DNA of 63,837 nucleotides, the filler included, from Phoronis australis (taxonomy: Eukaryota > Animalia > Phoronida), in assembly GCA_002633005.1 (NCBI GenBank). It is 8 parts of 8 records of this genome, joined end to end, with 100 filler letters (N's around TTAATTAATTAA, not from the genome) between each part and the next. Parts side by side here need not be neighbours in the genome. Positions count along the whole stretch, not along the records: positions 1 to 24,602 come from NMRA01001222.1; 7 more parts are not named here. The stretch is one strand, 5' to 3'. The notes beneath the pieces are model-generated. The model saw nothing but the letters and a program-made list of their open reading frames with translations, had not been told where the DNA came from and ran no database searches. This document shows, piece by piece, positions 1 to 12,353 of this stretch (position 1 is its first letter; each line of letters opens with the position of its first letter). The translations under genes were made by a program, and so were the position numbers.

Positions 1-516
1 CACTTTAGATAGAGTTTTGAACGGGCTTTCAGATGATAATTTCCATTTTGCGCTACGACGCATACTTTTTGAATTATTCGAGATTTTCGGATACCGTTGT
101 TCTTTCGGTCACGTATGCACGCAGCTGGCTGGCTTTCAGTTCACTTTGTTTTGGTTATGTCTGCACAAGTTAACAGAGAGATGTGACCCCGACTGACCCA
201 GGTAGCACTGTCATACTGTAGACTGGAATTCCAGGCGAAATACTATTGTAAACATAACTTTGCTCTGCAGACTGTCACATAGTGCCACCTATTTTGGATT
301 GCGGGAACAAAGCATGGCTCGTCCGTCATGTTGAGCTATCTATTGTTCTTTATTGTAGTTCATTATATGCTCTCTATTTGATTTCTTCGCTAGTCACATG
401 AATGTTACCGTGTTATTCATTATTGCCGCCTTGATCGTCATGATTGTCGTCGTCCTCCCCATTGTCGTCTTTCGATTAATTCCGCCAAGTGTCGCTCCTC
501 CGAGCGCTCTCGTTTG
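1..516 (+). mobile_element. 3' portion of Helentron-associated non-autonomous element (family H1)
   Basis: 1-100 resembles ~23650-23750 and ~390-516 resembles ~24020-24271. It ends in the sub-TIR AATTCCGCCAAG plus palindrome CGCTCCTCCGAGCG, as does the full copy at 22861-24271. Confidence 0.65.
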
Positions 517-3025
517 TGAATATTGATCACCCTTTGGTTCTGTTGGTAATGGCTCACATATGTCTGCAGCCTTTCTCGTACAAATGGGTTGAGTTCGTAC
601 GGCCTCAAAGTCGATGGAAGTTCCCCAAGTGGAAAATCGAATTCATTGTCTGATTCTTCAAATACTTGAGTGTGAGGCCCATATCCACTCTCCTCTTCGT
701 CTGCATAATATTTGTCCAGTTTTCGCTCAAAATCGTCCTTGGTATTCTGATCGCCCGAGTTACGCCATTGCAACTGATTGTCAAGTGACTAAACACCCAT
801 TAGATCATTTGGCAAGAAACTTGGAAATGAGTAAGTTTTCTTCAAAATTCGCGACCATTTGCCATGATTGTATTTTATGGTATTCATTTCATATTAGCTA
901 ACTGAAACCTCAAAAACTATGAAGAAAATGCATTGTGGGAACTCCTTAATATACAACAAAGTCATAGTATTTATTATGATACATTTCTTATTGTATCATA
1001 CAAAGTATTGCATCAACAGGTATAACAAAAACATTATTATTATGCCTTAAAACAAAGCAGCACTAGGTAATATAAAATTGAAATGCAAATGTAAACGTGT
1101 CTAAAAACAAGCAGATAAGGAAAGACAAGTCAATGCAGGTTTGTTCATAACACCTGTCACAACTTGAATCTGTTCTCAAAAAGTTAAAGCTAAATTTCAC
1201 ACCGTCCCGTTTCGCTGTCTAATAAACGAAAAATTGATTTGGCACTTTTACCCACACAATTGGTCTGGAAGTATTCCTTACCATGATGGGATTCTGTTTC
1301 TACTTCCTACAAGAACTTCGAAACCATCCAAGAATAAAAGAAATACTTCTAAGTTTCTAGGGGCTGTACGACACTAAAATTGTGGATTTGAAAACGGCAC
1401 ATTGCCTGTGACTTGAGTTGCTGACTCATTTGTCAACAATCTACGACCTGGAGAGCGAGATGTTTTCAAACCCCACAATACTTCAGTCAAAAATTCAATA
1501 TTGACAGCTAAATAGCAGCGAAATGTAGCTTTAATGGAAATGGCCAAAACTGAACTGGCACCTTGTTACAACTGAGTGAGAAACTCGCAGACTACAGCAT
1601 TCAAAATATTATTTGGCCAAAATATTCCAGTTACAACATTACACACCTCATTTCATGAAGGATTGGCTTGGTGGACATTCTGAGAACTAGTTGGGCGTGA
1701 CAGCCTTCAGATTGAAGAACATCAATAAAAAAGTAAAAATACAATGAAATATCTAAAGACAACAGTACAAAACACCCACCACCAACAATGAGTTACAGTA
1801 CATGACAATAATTATTCGCTACACAACCAAAATCTGCCCAAGAGACACTTGCCAGGAACAGATTATTCAAGACCCGTCTTGTTTAATAGTTAACTCGAGT
1901 GAACATGTGGTAATGCATTCTGTAGACCTACGGCGAAATGCAGGATCATGTAAAACTTCACGAGATGTCATCATGCAGCGCAAGCGAAAAATGCGATTAC
2001 AATAAATTAACATTTATTATTGCAAATTTCCTGTGTTTATAGAACATGCCCCTCAGTACTCTTCAAGGATCAGGCTAGCCAGCCTCAAGTGCGTACCTAC
2101 CCTCTTATTTGATCAAACTGATGAATGACTGAAGAAAATACCAACCCGGAAGACCGTTTCCAGTCTTGTATAGAAGTTATCATTATGACCCATGTGACCA
2201 TCGATTACGTGGGGTCATTGAGGTTCATCTTGAGGCAAATCTTTCTTACGTAATTACAGAGACTCTGATGAAGAATTTCGCTAGCATTTGGCAGTCGTGA
2301 CTCGACCATCGTGACTGGGAATTGTAGATCGTTTTGTTTGATTATTGTTGGCGTGTACTGCAAATTCTGACTCACAAATCAATACCAAGACTTCCCAAGA
2401 TAACTTCATTGAAAAGTTCAACATACAAAAACATTCCCAAATAACAACTGTGCTTTTCTCAAACAGCACCACTCCCTTCTAGAAAATTGCAAAATGCATG
2501 CAGTGGAATAATCTCTAAAACTTTCTAAACATACCCAATGCAGGAATCATAATAGAAAAACGTGGGTATGAGTGAATTGACCACACGGCCGCTAGACTGG
2601 GTCTATTTAGAGGGACCTATAGGCCTTTTTTGCTTCCAATTTTAATGGGTGCGTTGATCCGAGCTAAGCAACCACACAGCTCCAATGATGTGGGACATGA
2701 TACTAAAATTATCCCTGCTAAAGCACCTGCACCCCTATGAAGATACCAACACACAACTAAGATATAACATAATAGCCGAGTATTTGGTTACAAAACGATT
2801 TAACACAGCGTGAACAGCACAACAAACTCATAGTAAGGTACACTTCAAAAAAAGTTGAGAAAAGGAAACAATACAGTTGAATTTTTCATTTGTATTGAAT
2901 CTATTTTAAATAATGACAAAAATACAACTGTGCACTATGCAGCAGTTACATTTAATTTTATTCCAGCACCATTACACAACACACATCGCCCCCTACTGGC
3001 CTTTGGCTCCATAACATTTTGAGGT

Positions 3026-4498
3026 TCATACTACAGCAGGCTCATTACCACTCACTGAGTCGCCTAGCTCATCTTCATCAGCATCAGCATTTAATATGTC
3101 ATTGGGGTAAGCTATTGACAATGACGCCAGCCTAGTAAAATCAGGCGCAATGCTTTCCCAATCAACAAATTCTTTAGTTTCGACATCAAATGCACTTAAA
3201 TGCCGGGACTCTGTCGAGCCCCCCACGAGATAAATAGTATTTCCCACTGAAGCCACATCTCTGAGCAAGTGGCCATGAAGGTCAGGTGTAGGTGTCAGAA
3301 GTGACCACTGCTCAGTCTTCAAGTCGTAGACTTCATTTTCATTGCACTCGACCATACCATAACCGCCATCATTACCAACTGTATACCCACCGAATACAAA
3401 CACGTTGTCACCGTGGGTAATCATCGCATGACCTTGTCTAGGTACAATCATTTTTTTGCATACGACCCACACCCCCGTTTCTTTCAGCAGTTCGTAGGTA
3501 TGATCATCTGGGATAGAGAGATTGGGATTTTCTGCAATTCCCCCAGAAATGATCAGGTTGCCCCCACCTACAGTACCGGCGTGACTAAACGTCGGTTGTT
3601 GGAGTGGCGTCGTGTAGGTCCACTCGTTTGTCTGAGGATTAAACACCTCCACAGTGCCCAGAACATGCTCCACGTCATTCTCATCATGGTTGACGCCACC
3701 GACTGCGAACAACAAAGTGTCCGAAGCGCAGAAGACAAAATTACACCGCGGTTCCAGCATGGCCGGTGCATTGTGCCACATTTGGGACCGCTGATCATAG
3801 CGGTACACCGCATTGATACTATGGTACATTCTATTGTAACCGCCGGCAACAAACAGGAAGTTGCCAAACGTTGTCACAGCGCAATGTTCCAGAAGGCATT
3901 CCAAGTCCATGGTGTCAAATGCTTCGTTGATGAATTTGCCCTGCTTCAGTTGAGGGTCTTTGTACTGAACCCAGTCTATGCCATCCGTGATGGACATAAG
4001 TGCTACCACATCTTGTGAACCTCTTAACTTCACCTCATCTGACAATATCAGACACTGCTTGAAAGGATTCTCCAAGTAATCCATTGCTTTCTCGACCTGC
4101 CTCTTCACTCCAGGTAGATTTTTGATTTCATCAGGTATGCTGTTCAACTCCTCCACTTCAAGAAGAGGAAATCGTATGAAGCTCAATAATGTTTCTGCAT
4201 GGGCTTTCCTCTCCTGCAAGTCGTGTAAAAGCCAGTCGATCACCGCATGGAGAATGAGACCCTCGGGAGCCTCAACGTAATAATCGTCGCCCAACAGCTG
4301 CGAGAATAACTCTAGTGACATGGAATGGAATCGCTGGTTTTCCGCGAGTGATATGAAGTTATCGCCGATGAACCTGTAGATGTCATATCTCAAGTCGCCA
4401 AGTGCAAAGTGTTCAGCAAGCTCGAGAACAGAGTCGAAGTTCTCAATGGAGGTGTGACGAATTAGGAACAGGCAACAGGCATTAACCAACCATTCTAC
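3026..4498 (-). CDS. Kelch-like gene coding exon 3 (BACK + kelch propeller, to stop)
   Basis: Acceptor tttcag|GTAGAATGG (VEWLVNACC...); ORF 3026-4489 contains the kelch repeats FVAGG, FAVGG, IISGG, FVFGG and YLVGG. Confidence 0.95.
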   Translation of the reverse strand, partial: VEWLVNACCLFLIRHTSIENFDSVLELAEHFALGDLRYDIYRFIGDNFISLAENQRFHSMSLELFSQLLGDDYYVEAPEGLILHAVIDWLLHDLQERKAHAETLLSFIRFPLLEVEELNSIPDEIKNLPGVKRQVEKAMDYLENPFKQCLILSDEVKLRGSQDVVALMSITDGIDWVQYKDPQLKQGKFINEAFDTMDLECLLEHCAVTTFGNFLFVAGGYNRMYHSINAVYRYDQRSQMWHNAPAMLEPRCNFVFCASDTLLFAVGGVNHDENDVEHVLGTVEVFNPQTNEWTYTTPLQQPTFSHAGTVGGGNLIISGGIAENPNLSIPDDHTYELLKETGVWVVCKKMIVPRQGHAMITHGDNVFVFGGYTVGNDGGYGMVECNENEVYDLKTEQWSLLTPTPDLHGHLLRDVASVGNTIYLVGGSTESRHLSAFDVETKEFVDWESIAPDFTRLASLSIAYPNDILNADADEDELGDSVSGNEPAVV

Positions 4499-5368
4499 CT
4501 GAAACCCAATAGAAAAGAATGATTGATTGGTCTCTTATAAGTTACCTGAAGGACAAATTAGGTACTTATAATCATTTCAAGTCTCGGGTTAAAACAGGTA
4601 ACTTGCAGGTACATAACAACTAAGTAAAATACCGTCCACACACAGTTTACCCTAACACAACTTGCACTAGTGCAACTTACCTCACTTTTAAGTGAAGCGT
4701 GCACACACACATATCCGAGGGTAAGGCAAAGTTGTCGCTCTCTGCATGACAACGTACACCGAATGTGAATACAGCGCGCAAGAGAAAACTCATCTGTATC
4801 TAACCACATCTGATAATTACTTCTGCCCTAGTGCACTAGTTTCAACAGCGTCCACACAGCCCTCAAATCTAGCAACAACTCGTTCCAGAAGTAACTTTTT
4901 CTAGGGAAAGTCTGTGTGTGGACGGCACTTAAATGTTTTCTTGCCATATTGATGCACTGGATTTAACAACATTTTCATGTACTACAGTTCCATTAAAGAA
5001 GTCCACAGTTTCAGCCCACCTCATGGTACAGGGTACATCAAAAATAATCTGACGGCACACTGGGTTTATCAGATGTATGCCGTTAACGATTTGTTTTCAA
5101 TGAAAGTCTGTATTTAGCCAAATATCTACACAACTATAGTAAAGGATATTTTCTGAAAATAAAAAGAGTAAATAAAATTTGATTTTTGACTAATAATACC
5201 AAACTGCCAATTACTATTAATTGGGTCACGTGACCAACTTTTTTGGTAAAATTAAGCAAAAAGAAACCAAAGTTAGTTAGCAAAGTAACGGTATCATTGA
5301 AACAAGAGTACTACTGCATTGATATGCATCGCATACAGCGCAGATACAAGGGATGATCATTACATTAA

Positions 5369-5620
5369 ACATTTCCACAAAAGAAAGCAATACTAATACA
5401 CTTAATATAGTCTCTAGTAGATGCAGACTACATTTCCACAAAAGAAAGCAATACTAATACACTTAATATAGTCTCTAGCAGATGCAGACTACATTTCCAC
5501 AAAAGAAAGCAATACTACTACACTTAATATAGTCTCTAGCAGATGCAGACTACATTTCCACAAAAGAAAGCAATACTAATACTCTTAATATAGTCTCTAG
5601 CAGATGCAGACTACATTTCA
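5369..5620. repeat. 61-bp minisatellite, ~4 copies (intron of kelch gene)
   Basis: ACATTTCCACAAAAGAAAGCAATAC... starts at 5369, 5430, 5491 and 5552, with a partial copy at 5613. Confidence 0.95.
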
Positions 5621-5967
5621 ATCAACAATTTGTCTAAGTGTCCAGAAAAATCTTAGCCTCAGGCTTTTTGACTAGATGTCTCAAGACATTTAAAAATATT
5701 GCTCAGAGTTTTTCAAGCATACCACAGCACTATGACTGAATGCATGTAGGGAGATTTTAGCTAGGTCCTAGGCTCCTAGCATAGGTCCTAGCATTACTGA
5801 ACGCAAGCCTGCTGTACATGCAGGGAGATAAGTACAGTTCATGGGCCAACTACAGTATACGAAGGGAGAACACTGATTGATCATTTGAACACAATCAATA
5901 ATTTGATTATACAGTAAACATTCACTGTGTATACTGTATCAAGCCTGGAGTCACATAAGAGACGCAC

Positions 5968-6070
5968 CTGGAAAAATCTGGCAGCTTCAATAACATCAGC
6001 CACGATATTGTCGTTAATGGTTACGTGACCTCTGTAGAAGTATTCCATCATTGCAGAAAATCCTACTGGG
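5968..6070 (-). CDS. Kelch-like gene coding exon 2 (C-terminal half of BTB)
   Basis: tttcag|C CCA GTA ... TTC CAG|gtgcgt; (S)PVGFSAMMEYFYRGHVTINDNIVADVIEAARFFQ; phases 2/0 fit the neighbouring exons. Confidence 0.93.
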
Positions 6071-6989
6071 CTGAAATGAATTATTGAATATATGGAAATT
6101 GACTGTGCCGCTACTTTACAAGACGTGTTGCTGGTATAAGCACAAGACAGAAGATTTACAATATTCGTCATGATTAATGCCCACTTCTGACAAATTGCCT
6201 TGACTACATCGAATTTGAGTTTTATTATTCATTGACTTTGCAGTTCTAAATAATTGTATGCAGTCCAGTTGACAGGGACTAATTTTGTAGACAAATCAAA
6301 CTAAAAAATATTCTTGGCATTTTCTACTCTAAGTTTGAGCTAACTAAAGATAGACTGTGTTCGAGTGCAGGTTAATACATATGACCTTCTACGTTTGAGC
6401 TAACTAAAGATAGACTGTGTTAGAGTACATATGACCTTCTACTCCAGGTTTACACCTGATGACCCTTACGTTTGTGTAACAAACTGGAAAAACTTTTTTG
6501 GATTCCAATGCGAACTTTAAGCCCGAGTCCTCAGGTACAAACTAAGATTAGGAAATTATACACTTGAGCATAGAATAATAGACACTTATTGTGAGTTCGC
6601 ATCAAAGTAGAGCAGAAAATAGCAATTTATATTTTTGAGTTCAATTTTGAATAACAAGATTAGACCCGGGCCTTAATGTTTTGTTCAACTGTCGTACATG
6701 TGAAACTGCAACTGCCTGAGTGTTAACTTGTGGTCAATGTGTTTCAACTCCTACCACCTGACATTTCAATTCCTCATGGCATCTCAAATGCCCTGGGCAT
6801 TAAGATAGACAAACGCGGTCGTTATAAGACCCTGCTATGGGACAAAGTAACAAATATAGCACGAGACAATAATGAGCAATATTGTTGCTAGAATGAAAAT
6901 AAATGAATATAGAATTAATTTAATTTTCATATTTACATACACTGGGGAGTTCACTATTAAGTCTGACTGGATTTATGCAATCAACCGGT

Positions 6990-7065
6990 GATCCTGATGG
7001 CTCAGTGGACTAGAACGTCTGCATGGTTAGCAGACGGTCGCAAGTTAGAGTCCAGGTTGGGGCAG
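6990..7065 (+). mobile_element. Degenerate tRNA-derived SINE head
   Basis: A-box TGGCTCAGTGG followed at tRNA spacing by a degenerate B-box AGTTAGAGTCC; no full cloverleaf. Confidence 0.45.
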
Positions 7066-7884
7066 AAACCTTTTCAGACTTATATTTATTAGGTGACGTG
7101 ATGTGACCAAATGTGGCGTGCTGACCAGACTTAGAAACGAATGCGATAAATTTAAATTTCAATTAATTCATAACCTGTCCAGCAAGCCGAAACAATGTTT
7201 TGACATCTCCGTGTCTCTCGGCTGCCACTCTCAAATTTAGGAAATTTAACCAGTTTAAATGCGAACATGTGCTTAAAGCACATTACTTCTGAATGAGAAT
7301 CTTCAGTTGACAATTCAAAAACCTACTGAACACTTAAAGTGATAAAAACATCAACAAACATCAGTATGAACAAGGCACTTTCCCTGGTGTTCATAAAGTC
7401 ACATGACATCACTTCTTATTGTGATTACCAGACTCAAGCTGAGGTTATGGCATTAAAATATCCCTCTATTTTAAGCCAAAAGTAGTACACGGTAATATTT
7501 CACCAATTTTGGACAAAAATAATTGCCAAAATTATCTTTTTCATTTTTCAAAGTTTTCCAACATTGTTGTGATTGCCCATAATTTTTCAAAATATTTTCT
7601 GATGATCAAAATAAAACTTCAATGGTCTGCCACATTGTGTCCTAAACTGGTGAGGTTTTGCCATTACTAGTTCTGGTCCCTGCCAGACTATTTTGAAACC
7701 TCAGCCTCAAAGCTGATGACAGGACAGCCAGGTGGGACTGGAAAAAACAAAACCCGGACCCATTTCAGCTGGTATTAGGTGAGTTTTTCTTGAAAATTTG
7801 GACGTCTAAAAATCGCATTCCCCACATCACTTGTCCAAAAGAAAACACAGGCCAGAAACAATTTCGATATTATTTGGCCCTTAC

Positions 7885-8156
7885 CTAATTTCATGAATCT
7901 CTATGGCATCCTTCGTCTTCTCCTGCATATCGTGTCCAAACATAGCGGCAAAATAATCACTAGCATTAGTAAGTACCACTCTGTGCGCTTGGAACGACTT
8001 GGAGCCCACTCGCAGCTTAATGTCACAGTTGTAATCATACATTTTAAAAGACGCTTTTTTGTAGTCTGTGTTCGTAAAGCGCAGCTGGCCATCAGAGCCT
8101 TGAGTGATTTTAGTACAGTCATTCAGTTTAGCCACAGTGTCTTGACTCAATTCCAT
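7885..8156 (-). CDS. Kelch-like gene coding exon 1 (start, N-terminal BTB)
   Basis: ATG at 8156; ends GAA ATT AG|gtaagg; BTB signature present. Confidence 0.92.
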
Positions 8157-9583
8157 TGTGTAGACTGGAATTCTAAAAAAAAGAATTTAAGGTTATCAGC
8201 AAGTCTGTGTTTTTAGCTAAATATATACAAAACTATGGATGATCACTAATTTAAAAATTTTCTGAAACTAGAAAGCATACAGAATTAGATTTTTTGACTT
8301 TTTACCAATCTGAGTAATTTTGGTAAAATTTTGAAAAAAAGAAAACTAAGCACATTGATAGCAAAACAATATCAATAAAATTTAACTAAATTTAATTTGA
8401 TATTTATCCTCAAGATGAAATCTCAAAAACGCAATTACAAAATTCTAAATTTTTCGTTTTCAAGTCACGCAGCTTTCGATTTTTTCATAAAAATCATAAA
8501 AGTCTGACTCTCATGTAGACGTGGAGCTTTTCAAAAACAATTCTCATAGAGTTCTGGAAAACAGTGCATAGAGCATACTATCCGACGTTTCATATGAATG
8601 CGTATGATCAGCCATTTGTGAGATATCATACGATAGTCTGAATTTTGTAAACACATGTATTACAATATTTTTTCAAAAAGCAAGAAAAAACACAACTGAA
8701 TCTCCGAGTGATCGAAGGATACAGTAAAACCTTCACAGCTGTCACTGAGGAATAGAAAATCTTTGTATTTAGGCAATGATCAAGTTATTGACGCCATGCC
8801 TCTTACTGCACAGTAAATGTGCATATTTGCAATTAGGTCAAAGTGCACCATTACTCTACATAATGAACCATTGGAACCGTATCAAGTTATAGCCAAATAC
8901 GATGCGTCATTTTAGCCGGAATTAAAAATAAAAGATTCTAGAGGTGAAATTGACCATCGGTATTTTGTCTGTTTTGTGAATTGAACTGGAGTCCGTAATG
9001 AACTGGATTGTAAAAAAATACCCAATAGCTTGTAACTGGAAGGGGGATATCGTTAACTTGAAAACCCACCCAATGTATGTGGCCTTGCTGGTTACTTTGA
9101 TCTCGCGCACATCTCAACTTTGTGCATCTATTGTGTGGACAGCGTCACACAGAGCTTGAAATTCCTATATAGGTTTGGTGTGCTAATGTTATAAACCATC
9201 CTTTCTGTGACCTCACTGAAACATAGTTGCTACCTGTTTCTGTATTACGATAGGGTGAATATTTCTTTATGGAAAAGAATATCCACAAGTCATTTTTTAA
9301 GCATCAAAATTGACATAGAAAAAATAAAGTTACTTCTTGTGCTGTAGTAGTGTCCCAGCTCACTCACACTGTATTATAACACACGGCTCATAAACAACAT
9401 GAATCTGCTTCTAGCGTAATAGATATTGACATCGCAGAACTATCTTGCATAACCTGTCTGGCGATGACTCATGTTTCATGTCCACTTTGAATTTCAATAT
9501 TTGGCCTGCATCAATGATGCTGTGACTACTGCAAACCATCACAGTTTAGTTACAATGACTCTACAATTAAAAAACACGCTCTT

Positions 9584-10278
9584 AGTGACAATGCAAATGC
9601 TATCCAGAAGGAAGAAGACTGTCTGCCTTGAATGTGGCAGGGCCCTCACTCAGCAGGAGAGAAAGGTGCCTATGCCTTCAATTAGTAAGAGGGATATTTT
9701 AATTTTTTTTGGTTGAGGGAAACCCCCCTCCCCTCCGGCTCTTGCATTACCAACCTCTGGTTTTCAGCCCTCACTGTCAATGCCTCAAGTAGTCAAATTA
9801 TTTTTTTTACAGAAGTTATTCCAACAAAGGAAACTTTTATCTCCTCACCCCTCTCACCACAGCTGGTAGACACATGACCTCCCCATATCCATCTGACTGT
9901 ATGTTTCTGGTTGACCTCGAGCTCAATGACNAGTGACAATGCAAATGCTGTCCAGAAGGAAGAAGACTGTCTGCCTTGAATGTAGCAGGGCCCTCACTCA
10001 GCAGGGGAGAAAGGTGCCTATGCCTTCAATTAGTAAGAGGGATATTTTAATTTTTTTTGGTTGAGGGAAACCCCCCTCCCCTCCGGCTCTTGCATTACCA
10101 ACCTCTGGTTTTCAGCCCTCACTGTCAATGCCTCAAGTAGTCAAATTATTTTTTTTACAGAAGTTATTCCAACAAAGGAAACTTTTATCTCCTCACCCCT
10201 CTCACCACAGCTGGTAGACACATGACCTCCCCATATCCATCTGACTGTATGTTTCTGGTTGACCTCGAGCTCAATGAC
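9584..10278. repeat. 347-bp direct duplication around a single N (probable allelic overlap artefact)
   Basis: 9584-9930 and 9932-10278 are identical except ~3 substitutions; N at 9931. Confidence 0.85.
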
Positions 10279-10691
10279 AATGTCACAATGACTAAAATCA
10301 GTGTAGTTCAGTTTTTGACTTTACTGATGGAAAGAAGAATTATTTCAAACAATGTTGATTACTCAAATATTTATTTGGGCTGGCACTAGTGGAAGGATTT
10401 AAGACCCCAACTGCCTCCTCCAAAGCCACATGTGTCCCTACATTTGAAAAGTACATAATTTAGTAAGGACTAACGAGACTTGACTTTTTTAATCAGACAC
10501 CCACACGTCAGACTATTTACCTGTTACCAGATTAGTCACTGTTAAGCATAATTTTTAAAACATCTGGTAGTGTAGAGGATGGGTAAGGATGTGCCACCAC
10601 TCACCCCGAATGACGCATAACATTTCTGGTGAGGCAGTACACTACCGCCTTGGTCAAAGGGTCATGACATTGTCATTGACTTGTCTCACTC

Positions 10692-10745
10692 ACTAGTATG
10701 AATAATTACCTAGGCTTTTAAGCCTAGGTAATTATTCATACTAGT
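10692..10745. repeat. Perfect 26-bp inverted repeat with 2-nt spacer
   Basis: ACTAGTATGAATAATTACCTAGGCTT-tt-AAGCCTAGGTAATTATTCATACTAGT. Confidence 0.95.
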
Positions 10746-11599
10746 ATTAAAATACCTCACACTCACAGAAAACTCTACGGCCAATTCCCACGGCAGTATT
10801 TTTCCAAGATAGTCCCTAGGCTTAAGAAAATAACTGGAGTACAATAATCCGGTTAAGACGAAGATTACAGTCAGTTTGAACCGCAAGTAAGATTCTCATG
10901 CACTTTAATTACGTAGACGAGCGATGACACCTCCACACTGATCAACAAGTCAAGTGATTTCCGGGCTGACGCTTAAAACAACAATAAGAACTGTCTGCTG
11001 TTGGAAATAACCTGGGGACAGCATCTTGCAGGTAACACAGGATAAATTCTGATTCCAGAACTTCAGAAGATATGCGTTATAACCATTGGATTGGTTCTAG
11101 AATGAAGTATGAATCCAAACTATCGACAAATTTTATTTATTTTGCACCTTCGTGACATGCGCATTGAGCAGAAAAATGTCAACTAAAATGGCGGTAGCGG
11201 AAGATCGATTCATTGTGTTTGCCTTTCTTCAAAAAGCTGAAAGATTGTGCTAAAACAAGAAAGGTAATTTGTTTAAGACTGTAAGATAAATAAATCTTAA
11301 TTTACACCATAATATGTCGCGTTCGTTCAACTGGACAGCCGATTATTCAAGTAAATCTCATCCGTGTTCAGAGAAGTGACCAGTTGCTGAGTGAGTGACA
11401 GAGCCTAAAACTGAAAATCCCGATCACGTTAATTTTGGTTTAAGATGTTCACCCTCATATATAATTGTCTGCCACAAAAACAGAGACTGTGACCCTGAGT
11501 CTCAGGAATACGTTTCATTCGTGTTCAAGGTAACTCGGTAAAGATCATGACAACTCCCGATATTTTCCTGTGAAATCCCTACTCTCTACCCCAGGGCCA

Positions 11600-11830
11600 G
11601 GGTCACTCATATTGACAATGTGCCTGCTGGAGTGTACCAAAAATTGCTGAGAGTCCCCTTATTGCAGGTGCCAGGTCTGCTAATTCCCACCCCTTTTTGG
11701 GTTCTGCCTCACCTCACGAAATGGAAATTTAGCCAGGGCCCCGCACGGGTCCTGCAAAACTTGCTAAAAAAAATGCCTACCCACAATTTTTAGTACACGC
11801 CTGTCGGCACCTTGGCAATGTGAGTGACCC
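11600..11830. mobile_element. MITE-like element with ~48-bp imperfect terminal inverted repeats
   Basis: Left end GGGTCACTCATATTGACAATGTGCCTGCTGGAGTGTACCAAAAATTG; reverse complement of right end GGGTCACTCACATTGCCAAGGTGCCGACAGGCGTGTACTAAAAAATTG. Confidence 0.65.
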
Positions 11831-12353
11831 CCAGGCTCTCTTTTATTGTCAGCTTCCAGTTTGTGAGCAGATGATGTAATATCCGGAGGTAAAACATGCC
11901 ATCAAACCATGCGCTGCTTATGAATAGTGGCTTTGCGGCTAGTAGAGAAACTATAATTTTTTCAGGTATTTATTATCATTGATAAACAAGTACAAAAACA
12001 AATAAACAAATAAGTACTTCATCCATTCATTCATATATGCACACCTCAGGAGAGACCATTCTCGTATCTCGTAAAAAGTAAACAACTGCTACATGGAATT
12101 AACGTAAACAATAAAATTTTCCCATTTCACAGAGAAGCTGTCATATACAAAATTTTAATATGCAATTAATTTTTCATCATTATAGTACTCATAAGTATAT
12201 GTAACGAACTCTTGAAAGTTAGGTAAATTTATTTGTGACATCTCTTCTTGTAAATGTACTGTTTGGCTAGTAAAAGCAAAATGTTAAATAAAAACTCACG
12301 TGTCTCATAAAGTCCAAGAATAAGAGAGACAGTTGGGAAACTATAGGTGTTGT

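Larger units (their letters stand above)
3026..8156 (-). other. Gene span: kelch-like (BTB-BACK-Kelch) Cullin-3 adaptor family protein, 615 aa, complete CDS join(7885..8156,5968..6070,3026..4498)
   Basis: Three GT-AG exons (272+103+1473=1848 nt) splice in frame. BTB motif CDIKLRVGSKSFQAHRVVL..ASDYFAAMF, BACK motif IRFPLL and GG-Y/W kelch repeats. An acceptor at 8173-8174 implies an upstream 5'UTR exon. KLHL subfamily not assignable by eye. Confidence 0.93.

Noticed and set aside
438-773. 111-aa minus-strand ORF
   Set aside because: Its 3' part runs through a repeat terminus; no recognisable domain or supported splice partners.
3413-4018. 201-aa plus-strand ORF
   Set aside because: Antisense shadow of the kelch exon; no recognisable protein features.
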